DNA of 64,000 nt from Lama guanicoe (GCA_013239625.1 MU053561.1:3674283-3738282); one strand, 5' to 3'; positions 13,936 to 27,700 are shown, numbered from the stretch's first letter. The notes: a model not told the origin generated them from the sequence alone. Program-made: numbers and translations.

Positions 13936-14619
13936 CTTAGAGGCTCATGCTGCAGGAGTAGGGAAACTTACTAATATCACAAAGCCATCAGGTCTCATCA
14001 TCATTAATTTTTAGTGACAGAAAGGGAGCATTTAAGTTAACGTTTTGATAGCACTAAATAGGACACAGTGGCTTACCCTGAAAACCAGAAAACACTCAAA
14101 AATGACCTTGTCTAATAAACTGAATTCAGTAAATGAAAGCCAAGTGACTGTAGAAAGACAGGCCCGTATAAGCATTACAGGGACACTCGAGATGAATCAT
14201 AACCTAAACACTGATGATGATATCTTTCATCCTGAGTCTGCCCTAGTCTCAGCCAAAATCCAAGAGAGAAGAAAAAAACTGCCTGAGGGGTGGGTGTGTC
14301 ATTTGTTATCTGCCCCGCCACCCCTAGTTACCAAAGGCACTCCACAGAGCAGCTCTCTCTGCTTCTGCCCAATCCTTAGCCTTAGAGGGACAGGAGTGAT
14401 TAGAAGAAAAGAGGAAGAAGGAGAGTGGGGAGCATATAAGAAAGTCAAGAAGGGAAGAATAAATAGGCAAAGAAAACCCTCAGAGAAGCAATAGCAGGAG
14501 TGAAAATCCAAGAGAGAAGCCACAGATGCTGGGACACATGAAGGAAGACACTGGAATAAAGAAAGAAATGAGAAAAGAAAACATAGAAGAGAAAATAGAG
14601 GGATTTATAGCATAAGGTA

Positions 14620-17095
14620 TAAAGCCAAATAAATCCACTGTCAATCCACCAAGAAAACAAGAAATCCTAAATCTATATGCACCAAAGAACAGAACTGCAA
14701 AATATGTGAAGCAAAAACTGATAGAATTGAAAGGAAAAATAGATAAATTCCTAAAATAAAGAACAGGCATAGATACTCATTCTTACCACTCTTTTTCAAT
14801 ACAGTGCTGGAATTTCTTGTCAGCACAATAAGGAAACACAAGGAAATAAATGGCATACAAATTGGAAAGGAAGAAATGAACTGTCTGTATTTGCAGATGA
14901 CATGATTGTCTACATAGGAAATCTCAAGGAACCTACAAAAAACAAAAACCTCTCAGAATTAATAACAGTTCAGCAGGGCTGCAAGATACAAGATAAACAT
15001 ACAAAAAGCAATTACATATATATATAGACAATAAACAGATGTGCACCAAAATATAAAATGCAATACTATTTGTAATCACTCAAACAATTTAAATACTTAG
15101 GTATAAATCTAACAAAACCTGCACATGGCTTATGTGCTAAAAACAACACAATGCCAATGAAAGAAACCAAAGAAGATTAAATAAATGAAGAGACATACCA
15201 TATTCATGAATTGGAAGACAACATAGTAAATACATCAGTTGATAAATACATTTAAAGATTCAGTGAAATTTCTATCAAAATCCTAGTAAAACTTTCTGTA
15301 ATAATGGACAAGATTATTCTCAAGTTCAGATGGAAGTAAAAGGAACTAGACTAGCTAAAGCAATTTCAAAAAAGAAGAATTGTGTGGGAAGAAGTAGTCT
15401 ACCTACCATCAGGATTGATGATATAGCTATTATAATCAAGACTGTGTGGTACTGATAGAGGGACAGAATCGAGAAAGCAGAAACAGACCCACATAATAAT
15501 GTCAACTGATCTTTGACAAAGATGTAAAATCAACTCAGTGGAGGAGAGATGGACCTTTCAATAAATGGTGCTGGAACAGTTGGACAACCTTTGGTTAAAA
15601 AACAAAACAGGAGGTGGGAAGGGACAGACTGGGAGTTCAAAATTTGTAAATACTGACAGGCATATGCAGAATAGATAAACAAGATTATACTGTATAGCAC
15701 AGGGAAATATATACAAGATCTTGTGGTAGTTCGCAGAGAAAAAAATGTGACAATGAATATATGTATGTTCATGTATAACTGAAAAATTGTGCTCTACACT
15801 GGAATTTGACACAACATTGTAATATGACTATAACTCGATAAAAAAAGTTAAAAAAAATAAATAAAGTAGACTCAAAAAACTACCCCAAAAACCCAAAACA
15901 AAACAAAAAAACCTACAACCCTCAAAGTAGATTATTAACTTAAATGTAAAATTAAAACAATAAAACTTTTAGGAAAAAAATTAGAAGAAAATTTCAGGAT
16001 ACAAGGTTAGGCAAAGTGTTCTTAGACTTAACACCAAAAGCACAATCCATAAATGGAAAAATGGTTTTATATGACTTCATCAAAATTAAAAACTTTTGTG
16101 TTCTGTGAAAGAACCTATTAGAAGGATGAAGAGATAAGCTACAGGGTGGGAGAAAATAGTTGTAAACCACATATCCAACAAAGGACTAATGTTTAAAGAG
16201 CTCTCAAAACTCAACAATCAAAAAACAATCCATTTGGAAAATACAAAAGACATGGAAGAGAACTTACACATGGTAAATAAGTACACAAAAAAATGTTCAG
16301 CATCATTAGCCATTAGGGAAATGCATTAAAACTGTAGTGAGATAGCACCACACATCTATTAGAATGACTAAAATGAAAAATAGTGGCAACACCGAATACT
16401 GGCAAAGATGTGGAAGAACTAGATCACTCACCATTACACTGCCGGTGGGAAAGCAAAGTGGTACATCCACTCAGGAAAACAACCAGCTGTTTCTTTAAAA
16501 ATTAAACATGCAATTACCATAGAACCCAGCAATTGCACTTCTGAGCATTTATCCTAAAGAAATTAAGACTAATCTTCACACAAAAACCTGTACACAAATG
16601 TTTATAGTGCCTTTATTCATAATAGCCCAAAACTTGAAACAGCCCAGATGTCCTTCAATGGATGAAGCTGTGGTACCTCCATACCGTGGAAATACTACTC
16701 AGTAATACAAAAGAATGACCTACTGATACACACAAGAACCTGGATGGATCTCCAGAGAAATATGATGAGTGAAAAAAGCCAACCCCCAAAGGTTACATAC
16801 TATATGATTCAACTTACACAACAGTCTTGAAATGAAAAGATAATAGAAATGAAGAACAGATTAGTGATTGCCAAGGGCTGGGGCAGGGATGAGGGTGGAA
16901 GAAGTGGATGTGACTCTAAAAGGACAACATGAGGGGTCCTTGTGGTTATGGAAATGTTCTGTATCTTTACTATAGCAATGCCAATATCCAGTTTGTGGTA
17001 CTGTGTTATAGTTTTGCAAGATGTTACTTTGGGTAACATCTGGGTAAAATGTACAAGGAATCACTTACAACCACATGTTAATCTACAATCATCTT
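14620..17095 (+). mobile_element. Old LINE-1 (L1MC-like) with decayed ORF2 fragments and 3' end
   Basis: A-rich ORF2 relics including RT motif tttgcagatgacatgattgtctac (FADDMIVY); 3' end ggaaatgttctgtatctt...gttttgcaagatgttac resembles L1MC1. Confidence 0.8.
15610..15865 (+). mobile_element. Young camelid L1 3'UTR nested in the old L1
   Basis: Shares aattgtgctctacactggaatttgacacaacattgta and an A-tail with the copies at 26.5 kb and 53 kb. Confidence 0.85.
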
Positions 17096-17748
17096 TTTTA
17101 AAAACTTTAACTAGAGAAAGGCAATATAAATATTTCATGATCTCTCTGGTAGCTTCTCCACTCTATTTCTGTTTTAAGCCTCAGTTCAGCCATATGGCGG
17201 GAATTAGATCTCAAGCAGTTGAGGGTCACCTTACTTCCTTATATTCTAAGTTTCAAGGAGCTTAACACAATGTCAACCTTGTGCTTGGTGTCAGCGTCTA
17301 TGCTTATGTCCACCCAGAGTAGCTTTCAGCCATCTGTCCACCTGACCCTGCTGCATCCTCCTCACCTTTGGGGCTATGGTTCCACTCCAGGTACTCCACT
17401 AGTTCTTCCTCTCAATTGGCTGCAGGAAAACTTCAGAGTCCATCTCGGGTCTTTTTACCAGGTACACCCAACAGACATTCCTACTCCTCAAGTCCAGTGG
17501 GTGAAGGGACTTGAGGTGTCTGCTTGGGTCTTGGGAACACAGGTCTCCTTTATTCTAAGGTCCCTCAGCCTCTCTAGCATCCCTTGTGTCCATCCTCATC
17601 AGACTCCAGGTTCGTTTGGTGGCTGAGGATGGGCTCCAGGCCCCTTGTTAGCTATCTGTGGGTATCTGAGTACTCTTTGCTTCCTTTCTGATTCTTCTCT
17701 CTCCCAATTCAAATTTTACCTACCCTGAGGACAGAGTAGGGTGTGTGA

Positions 17749-18186
<438 letters not shown>

Positions 18187-19087
18187 TGATGACTGGACTA
18201 TTTTTAAATAAATAAAAAATGATCCTGCATACCTTAATCCTGAGTCGGGGAAGTTTCACAAAAGTAAATATCAGCCTGAATTGAATGATTTCACATTCAT
18301 CCCCTAATATATCATCGTATCAGGCAGGATACAAGGAAGAGGGTTTCTTCCTGAAGAACTGGACACTAAAGAGTCAAATCTTTATTTCCAGCTCCTAGAG
18401 CAGGTTGAAAACTAGCTTCTCTATCTCAGTGCCATGGTGCTATCTCTGAGGGAGATCAAATGTCTTCCTCCATCACCTACGATTTCCTTCCCTCTTGGCT
18501 GAAGCAGCCAGCGAAGGATATCATTAATAGTAGTGACTCCACCCAGTGGTTTCTAAATTTAAGACTAAACCCCAGCTGGGCATTGTCACCAAGGATGAGA
18601 GGGAGGATTCAGATGAGGTATGGTTAAGTGACTACCCAATACAAGTTGTAATCTCGTGTGTCAATATGTCATGTTCAAACACAAGTGCCCTTTAAGATTC
18701 TTGTACCTCGAATCCCCAGGAGAGAGAATATAGGTAACTACTCTGGTTTTCAAACACTCCTACACCTGCACTGCCCATTTCACTTTTTCTGCATCACCAG
18801 TGAAGAATGGCTGTTGAAAGATAGCAGGGGGTTATAAAACAAGACCTTTGAAGAAAGGTTAATTGGATTTGGAGTAGTAAGCACAGGATAAAAAAGACCA
18901 GTGGTCATCCAATAAATACCTTTAGGTACATGAAATTTCATTATCTTAGACTATTTCAAACATATGTTTTCTTTTTTTTCCCATTATCTTAAAGTTGAAT
19001 TACATATACTAGTTACTACCTTTCCATGAATGATATTCAGATGAAAGTTTTGAATTATTTTGCTATAGAATATCTCTCAGACATTTA

Positions 19088-19420
19088 TTTCTTTTTTTAA
19101 AAAAAATTTATTGAAGTGTAGTTGATTTACAATGTTAGTTTCAGGTGCACAGCAAAGTGATTCAGTTACACATATACATACATATATATTTTCTTTTCAG
19201 ATTCTTTTCCACTATATATTATTACAAGAAATCGAATATAGTTCCCTGTGTTACACAGTAGGTCCTGGTTGTGTATCTATTTTATGTATAGTAATGTGTG
19301 TCTGTTAATCCCCAACCCCTAATTTACCCCTCCCCGCCCTTTCCCCTTTAGTAACTATAGTTTGTTTCCTATGTCCATGAGTCTGGTTTTGGTTTGTAAA
19401 TAGAATTTGTATCACTTTTT
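19088..19420 (-). mobile_element. L1 3'UTR fragment
   Basis: ttattgaagtgtagttgatttacaatgtt...gttccctgtg; homologous to the ends at 7342 and 24061. Confidence 0.85.
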
Positions 19421-21179
19421 CCCCAAACAACTGTTTTCTATTTTATTTTCTAGACTAGCTTTTTTAAAATATTTCAATTGTAGGAGACAGGATTTAGGTT
19501 ACACACAAGAAAAAACTCATGACTATAAAATGATAATGAATTATTATTGTTTAAAAGCTTCTGGTCTTTTATCAGTTAGTATGTTTCTACTGATGTGTGT
19601 GTGTCAATGTAAACAACATATTTATTACATTAAAGATTATGGGTATATCCGATAATGAATTATTGTAAGAAAGTCTGGGGTAGCTCTTTCCCTGGAGACA
19701 AATTAAGAAACCATTTTTTTCCCCGTGAGCAGACGAACAAAGTATGTTCAACTCTTTCCTTCATCCAAAGCAAGTTAATGAGTTCTGTCCAGTAGCCTCT
19801 TGATTCCCTAGTCTTCTCCCTTCCCACTGTCTTGATGAAAAGTTGAATTGGGAGAATTTCCAGTAAATTTATTTAGAGGAAAATGCTAATGTCCCAGCAA
19901 TCTAAAAATTTATACAGGACAAGCTGGACAAATATGCGTATGAATGGACTGCTGGATATTCTCAGTGGACGGTGTGATGAGGCTTTAAAGGTCTAAATGA
20001 ACCTTTATCTGAGCTCAGCCTGGAGGAAACTGGGCAGGTTCTTTCCGACCTTTCCATCCTCAGAGCAGACAGGACAGTTGTGTTTTGTGAGCCTCCTCCT
20101 TGATCTCCATCCCCATTTCCATTTGCCTTATTTTGGTCTCTGAGCTAGTGCAACAGCTTCCTAACCGATTTCACTCAGAGCCACATCCACTGGCCGAGGA
20201 TCCCTCCAGCACCCTCTGTGATCAGTCACTGCCGGCTTCTGGGACACCTGGCACGTTGCTCCTTTAGATTCACAAACGGTGCTCCGTGGCGTGCCAGAGA
20301 GTCTTCACAGGTGCCCTGGGTCATGGCGGGTACAGGGCCAGCCTCCCTTTCCCCAGAGGTCCTGCAGAAGAGTTCATTTGGAGAAAGCATCCTCCAGCTA
20401 ATAGAGGTTTGACAACAATTAATCTAAGGAATTAAGAATGCCATGCTGTTGGACTAAATGCCAGCCTCAGCTAATTTAGCATTCCTGGGGGGAAATGCCA
20501 CTCTCAGGAAAGCATTTGTGAAAATAGAGCTGAGAGGAGGTCCATAATGGCAAGAGAGATTGGAGTGGCCTTCTTTGGAAAAGTAGGTTGTAAGCCGAGA
20601 CCTAAAGGAGTTGAAAGATGAGGGGTGGGGTGGAGGGCACTACAGGCCCAAGGAGAGCATCTGTGCAGAGAATCATGCACTGTGACTTCTCCTTTATGCC
20701 CCCTTTCACATCAGCTCTTGGGCAAAAAGCCCAGGGATTGCACTGGGACCAGGAATGCAGTTCTCAAGGGAGCGCAGGTCCACGCAAGGGGGGCTGTAAA
20801 GGACAGAGCTGGCAGTAGGTTGTGGAGGGTTGAATGCCAGGCTAAGGAGCTGGTGGGCAGTAGGCACGAGAACTTTTTGATAAGGAGAAAGGGGTCCGCA
20901 GCGTATTTGGAAAATTAAAGCCGTGGTGAAGTGGAGAATAGATCTTTCTTTTAAGTTAACATCCAGATGGCATTGCTGGTTATTGACTGTTTCAGTTTGA
21001 GTTCCCACTCTGGGAGCCGTTCAGAGGTGTGGTTTCAAGGGAACTGACCCTAGGGTTAACGCTAGTTCCACTGATCCTGCCCCACTGTCACCCAGGGACC
21101 CCAAGCCAGACCCTGGCTAATGGGATGGCTCTACCTACCTCAGGATGACTTTACTTTGGGAAATCTGTGTTTCTTGTAG

Positions 21180-21280
21180 GTTTTAATGAAGAAGGAAGCC
21201 TGTATGTCCTTAAGGGTGACCGCACCATTGAGTTTGACGGCGAGTTTGCAGCTGATGTCTTGGTGGAGTTTCTGTTGGAT
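21180..21280 (+). CDS. CASQ2: Calsequestrin-2 exon 3 ([34 protein letters not shown])
   Basis: Acceptor ttcttgtag, donor GAT|gtaagt; 101 bp; read manually, not in the ORF track. Confidence 0.97.
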
Positions 21281-22099
21281 GTAAGTATTTATGCACAGTG
21301 GCCCCGCATGGGTTCAAATGCAGGGGAAAGTAAACCCTAAAGCAAGAGCAGAGAAGGCGGATACCCTGACCTGGTCTAAGAACGGTTTCTCAAGCGTCAT
21401 GAAAACATAAAGAACGCCTACATCACAGCGATGTTTACATCTACTGGGAAGCTGGCCCTCAAGTGACCTCAGAAACTGTTTTATTAGAGACCAGAGCAGA
21501 TTAAGGCTGTGTAGTAGTGACGTTAATTCTCTTAACAATTACACACACACATATCCCCTGAATCCCCTGGGCTTTGTTTCAGGGCTTCTGAAGAGGAGTG
21601 TGGGAAAGAGAGGGGGATGATCATGGGACGATGGAGCAGGGTGAGGAGGACCCATCTGCTGAGTTACCCTCAGAGCAGAATAAAAAGAGGCAGGGCCAGT
21701 GAGCGCCCCAACATCACACTCCTCTCAGCCACGGAGGTGCAACACCCTTAGATCCATGTGCTCAGGCAAACAGAGGAATAAACATTACAAAGATGTTTTA
21801 TCCATAGGTAAACTCACGCTTTCAATAACAGTGGCAAAGTCAGGTTCTTTTGAATACAGATGCCTGTACAATAAAGAACAACCATTCTGGTGATGCCTTA
21901 TCTAACCAGCTAGTACATAGTGGCCCATTGCCTTTTCCCCACTGCCTCAAAAACCCAGAGAGGGTCAGAAGTAAGTTGAAGGTCACCTTCTACAAAAAAG
22001 TGCCCATCACCTCTGCTTGGCACTCTCTTTGACCCATACCTACAAGCGCTCAAAAAGTCAGAACAACTCTGGGCCCACGTGGCCCTGCCCCGGCTCTGT

Positions 22100-22650
22100 C
22101 AGCTGGGAGGGGGCTTTGGGATGCAAGTAACAGAAACCAGCTTCAGCCTCCTTAAACAGTAGGCAACGTGATTGGCCCACACAAATGGAAGGTGATGCCC
22201 AGGATGAGGGCAGATTTTAGGCTTGTTCAAGTCAGGGCTCTAGCTCCAAGTTTCTCCATAAATCACAGGTAATGCTCTTTTCAGTGTGTTGGCTTTGTCC
22301 TCAAGCTGACTGTTCTCAAGTCGGTTATAACCAACTTATAAGCTAGCCAGCAACAGGAGCTGATACATCACATATCTTCATTCATATCCAATGAGAGGGG
22401 GGAAGAATCTGGCCTCACACTGCTCTCATAAAAGGGAAGTAGAACTTCCTCAAGGCCTTCAGCTGATCTGCCCTGGAGATCTGTTGGCCAGAGCTGGGTT
22501 GCATGGCTTTCCTGAATCAGTAACTGACAAGAGAAGTAGAATTGCCTCCAGGCCAATCAGCCTACCCCTGGAGGTAAGGTCAGTTCCTCAGAAAGCATGT
22601 CTGCTGTGCTCACGAAGGGGGAGGCGGGATGGATACTGAGACACCAGCAG
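22100..22650. mobile_element. Possible MLT1 (MaLR) LTR remnant
   Basis: gatgcaagtaacagaaaccagcttcagcctccttaaacagtagg resembles MLT1 5' ends. Confidence 0.4.
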
Positions 22651-22748
22651 AATATTGACAGTTTCTCTCTGGAGCACTCTACTCAGATGCTGGATTTCCC
22701 CACTGGAGAGGAAACACTTCTCTTATTTGAACATCTTTTGTGTTCCAG

Positions 22749-22860
22749 CTAATTGAAGATCCAGTGGAGATCATCAACAGCAAACTGGAAGTCCAAGCCT
22801 TTGAGCGCATTGAGGACCAGATCAAACTCATTGGCTATTTCAAGAGTGGGGACTCAGAAT
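22749..22860 (+). CDS. CASQ2: Calsequestrin-2 exon 4 ([38 protein letters not shown])
   Basis: Acceptor tgttccag, donor T|gtaagc; 112 bp. Confidence 0.97.
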
Positions 22861-24060
22861 GTAAGCTGTCTATCAACCCCAGCCTGTCTGTCTAAAGGCT
22901 ATTTTCCCAGCAAGTTGTGTTGGGTCATCCAGATAGAGGCTGCATCATGGGCATTATTTTGTGCTGGGTAGAATAGAGGGAGAATCTTCCTTGCACCCCA
23001 TGCAATGGGACATGTGCAGATATTATTGCAAACCAGGCAGAGGTACTGAAAGAACATTAAGGTTGGGCCACGTTCTCTGGCCTTGAAGGGGAGTGTGTGA
23101 CACAAGGGAGAAGAGCCCTTCCTCCACTTTTTCCACCTGCCCATCAACCCGAGGAATTCTCTCCCTAAATGGGGCAAAGAGCAGGCTGTCTCCCCGACAT
23201 TGGCAGCTCCTGTGGTCAGCAGATGGAGAGCTTCTGAATCACTTGGACAGCATTAGAGGAAAACTGGGGTAGGGATGGATGGGCTTGGCAGCTGCAGCAC
23301 AGTGTGGAAAACTGCTGGCCAGCGCCCCCTGACCACCAAGGCTGCTGCCACAGCACAGCCGCACCCTTGGATACATTCCCTTTAGAAGCTTTGCAGCCAG
23401 GGCTGGGGTGGGTGGAGGAACGTATCAGAGCATCGCCACCACCCACGCAGGCGTCACTGGGGTAGTGAGTGGGAGTCAGGAAGGGAAGGAACCAGGAAGG
23501 CCAACTGCTTGAGTACATTTTTTAGAATTGTTTTGGCAGCATAGGCCCCAGAAATTAAGCCTTTTTCTGGTGTCTCAGCCTTGGAGAGAGGAAAAGCGTT
23601 AGGAGTGGGCGTAGCGATGAAAGAGAATCTGGGAGCATTAGTACGGGGGTGGGGGGTGCAAAGAAGGGCTTCTTATGACTATTTCTGGAAAATCCAAAAT
23701 ATTTTGAATTATTTGTGACGCTGTGTCTGTACCCCATCTGCCAACTGGTATCCTTAGTCACCTCATTAACCACCCACCTCTTTTCTCTCTCCCACAACCC
23801 AACTTAACTGTCTTCATGTTTGCTACATAAAAGCCTCTATTCACCCTCCTTAAGGGTGTGTTGGGGGAAGGCGGCTAGGCTGGCCCGGAGTTCCACCCAG
23901 TTCTTAAAGTCTTTAAGTGAATTATTTCAATTTTTACATCTTTATACAGATGCTGACTGCTCTGGGGCACTGCTCCTGCCCCCTTCTACTTTCTTCTCTT
24001 CATTTCATTTCCTTCTATTTCCCTCTATCCTTTTCTCTTCCCCACCCACCCTGCCAATTC

Positions 24061-24695
24061 TTTTTTTTTTATTGAAATTATAGTTGGTTTACAATGTTGT
24101 GTTAATTTCTAGTGTACAGTATAGTGATTCAGTTATACTTTATATATATATGTATATATATACATATGTATATTCTTTTTCATTATAGGCTATTACAAGA
24201 TATTGAATATGGTTCCCTGTGCTGTACAGTATGAATTTGTTATATACCTATTTTATATATACTAGTTAGTATCTGCAAATCCCACACTCCCAGTTTATCC
24301 CTCCACTGCCCCCTCTTCCTCCACTGGTAACCACAATTTTGTTTTCTATGTCTGTGAATCTGTTTCTGTTTCATAAATAAATTCATTTGTGTAATTTTTT
24401 TAGATTCCACATATAAGTGATATCATGTGGTATTTTTCTTTCTCTTTCTGGCTTACTTCATTTAGTATTACAATCTCCATGTCCATCCATGTTGCTGCTA
24501 ATGGTATAATTTTATTCTGTTTTATGGCTAAGTAGTATTCCATTGTGTAAATATACCACATCTTCTTTATCTAGCCTTCTGTCAATGGACATTTAGGTTC
24601 CTTCCTTGTCTTGGCTATTGTATATAGTGCTGCTATGAACATTGGGGTGCATGTGTCTTTTCAAATTAGAGTTTCCACTGGATATATGCCCAGGA
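24061..24695 (-). mobile_element. 5'-truncated L1 3' end
   Basis: Poly-T followed by sequence collinear with 7342-7940. Confidence 0.9.
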
Positions 24696-25136
24696 GTCAC
24701 TCCACCAACTCTTTCCATCCATTTCTATCCTTCTGTTTCTCTCTCTTCCTCTATTAAGCTCAGGATAGCAGATAAGGAAGGAGACAAGACCAAGACACAT
24801 CTCGGGATAAAAAGCACATCTTCCAGTTTCTATCTTCCCCAACCCTAAACTAATGACAATAATAGCTCCATTTAACTAACATATATCATAGGCCAGGGCC
24901 ACGCTGGCAGATTCTACAGATGCCTTAGTTTCATTCTCATCACTAGCCTATAAGGCAGTTACCGTTATTATCAGGATTTTAATGATGAGGACATGAAGGA
25001 ACAGGAAGGTTGAAGAAACTCATCCAGTATCACACAGCTAGTAAATAAATGGTAGAGCAAAGATTTAAACCCCAAGTCTGACTTTAGAGCTCAGACATTT
25101 AACCCCTGGGCTGTGCTCTCAAGACTTCACAGCTCT

Positions 25137-26604
25137 TACAGTAATCAACACAACATGGTATTGGTACAAAAACAGACATATAGACCAATGGAACAGAATA
25201 GAGAGCCCAGAAATGAACCCACAAACTTTTGGTCAACTGATCTTCGACAAAGGAGGTAAGAATGTACAATGGAATAAAGACAGTCTTTTCAGCAAATGGT
25301 GTTGGGAAAACTGGACAGCAGCATGTAAAGCAATAAAGCTAGAACACTCCCTTACACCATACACAAAAATAAACTCAAAATGGATTAAAGACTTAAACAT
25401 AAGAAACATAAGACACAATAAACCTCCTAGACGAAAATATAGGCAAAACATTATCTGACATAGATCTCAAAAATGTTCTCCTAGAACAGTCTACTCAAGC
25501 AATAGAAATAAAAGCAAGAATAAACAAATGAGCTCTAATGAAACTTACAAGCTTCTGCACAGCAAAGGAAACCAGAAGTAAAACAAAAAGACAACCTACG
25601 GAATGGGAGAAAATTTTTGCAAATGAAACCGACAAAGGCTTGATCTCCAAAATATATAAGCAGCTCATATGACTTAATGAGAAAAAAACAAACAACCCAA
25701 TCCAAAAATGGTCAGAAGACTTAAACAAACAATTCTCCAAGGAAGACATACAAATGATCAATACACACATGAAAAAATGCTCAATATCACTAATTACCAG
25801 AGAAATGCAAATCAAAACTACAATGAGGTATCACCTCACACCAGTCAGAATGGCCGTCATTCAAAAATCCAAAAATGACAAATGCTGGAGAGGCTGTGGA
25901 GAAAGGGGAACCCTCCTACACTGCTGGTGGGAATGCAGTTTGGTGCAGCCACTGTGGAAAACAGTATGGAGATTCCTCAAAAGACTAGGAATATACTTAC
26001 TGTATGAATCCTGCTCCTGAGCATATATCCAGAAGGAACCCTACTTCAGAATGACACCTGCACCCCAATGTTCATAGCAGCACTATTTACAATAGCCAAG
26101 ACATGGAAACAGCCTAAATGTCCATCAACAGGTGACTGTATAAAGACGAAGTGGTATATTTATACAATGGAATACTATTCAGCCATAAATAAAAACTGAC
26201 AACAGAACACCATTTGCAGCAACATGGATGCTCCTAGAGAATGTCATTCTAAGTGAAGTAAGCCAGAAAGAGAAAGGAAAATACCATATGAGATCGCTCA
26301 TATATGGAATCTAAACAAACAAACAAAGCATAAATACAAAACAGAAATAGACTCATAGACATAGAATACAAACTTGTAGTTGCCAAGGGGGTAGGGAGTG
26401 GGAAGGGATAGACTGGGATTTCAAAATTGTAGAATAGATAAACAAGATTATACTGTATAGCACAGAGAAATATATACAAGATCTTATGGTAGCTCACAGA
26501 GTAAAAAATGTGACAATGTATAACTGAAAAATTGTGCTCTACACTGGAATTTGACACAACATTGTAAAATGATTATAAATCAATAAAAAATGTTAAAAAA
26601 AGAA
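25137..26604 (+). mobile_element. Young 5'-truncated LINE-1 with perfect 16-bp TSD
   Basis: ORF2 fragments ([46 protein letters not shown]), A-tail, TSD aagacttcacagctct at 25121-25136 and 26605-26620. Confidence 0.95.
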
Positions 26605-26779
26605 AAGACTTCACAGCTCTGTCAAGTCATGACACACATGAAATGTGACCATGCTTGTATAGCATGTGGGGCAAACTGGAAGAGATTTATTAGGGTTTAG
26701 CAAAAAAACCCACTTTAAAAACTTTCTTAATAGAATGATAATAATATACAAAATAATAGGAAAGGCATCAAATATTACA

Positions 26780-27700
26780 TCGTATAAAACTTCCAAGTAA
26801 AATATTTGTAGATTTTGAACGATTTGTAGATTTTATCTTGTGCTTGCTCCTAAGAACGTAGCCTTTGGTATTAGGTTTTATGCTTGAAATAGCAACAGGC
26901 CGTTCCTGATCAAGGTTTTAAATGATCTCTTCAAATTCTTGATCGTCACCCTTGACAAGAGTCTCGGCTTGCACGTGTGGATGGGGGCCAATGGCAGGAC
27001 GACATGCTTTGCTTTTTCTTTCATTGATGAACAGCCTTTTCTCGCCATTGAACAGCATTAGATAATCTAATCTCCAAACTGTCCTTCAAGGATGTGAACG
27101 TTTTTTCTCTAACCGCTATTACTTTCCTTTTCATTAACAAATATAATGTTAATATTTCTTATGATAATTTGAATTGATTTCAAATCCAACTGAGCTTTTT
27201 CATATTATCTATTTCAAAATAATAATGAAACATTTCCTCAGGAATAGGCAAATATCACTCTACTGATCTGACAAATTTCTCTTAAGATTTTTTTTAAACA
27301 TTTTTCGTGGGGGTAATCAAGTGTATATACATTTATATATGTTTGCGGCATGGTACAATTTCTTATTTTGATGCTTCCACACAAACAAGACATTAAGGCT
27401 GAGGAGAAGAAAAATTATCAATGCAGAGAAATCCAAACTCGAGATCATACTCATTACATTGCCTAATTAGTAACAAATGTTTTTGGACTATTTTGGTGAA
27501 TATGATGACTTTCCAGTAAGTCCATTAGTTTGGTGAAATAAAATAATTTTAAACATAATAACTAGTTAAACAAAAATATTTTAGAAAGTGATAAGCTTTT
27601 ATGGTTTCAGAAGTTGACTTTTTAAATAATGTCCTTTACCTGCATTTTAAGACTTGGATAAATATCAAAAATTAAGCATAGAGTAAGCATTTAAATGTTC
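26780..27700 (-). mobile_element. Decayed hAT (Charlie/Buster-type) transposase fossil; boundaries approximate
   Basis: Manual minus-strand translation gives RQCNEYDLEFGFLCIDNFSSPQP*CLVC (about 27464-27381) and HPHVQAETLVK (26983-26951). Confidence 0.55.

Noticed and set aside
15558..15812. Recurrent peptide MSNSSVEHNFSVIH in three ORFs (15.8, 26.5 and 53.0 kb)
   Set aside because: Antisense reading of the same L1 3'UTR family, not a gene family
25213..26020. L1 ORF2-like ORFs as an active element
   Set aside because: 5'-truncated, frameshifted, and lacking ORF1, endonuclease and RT core
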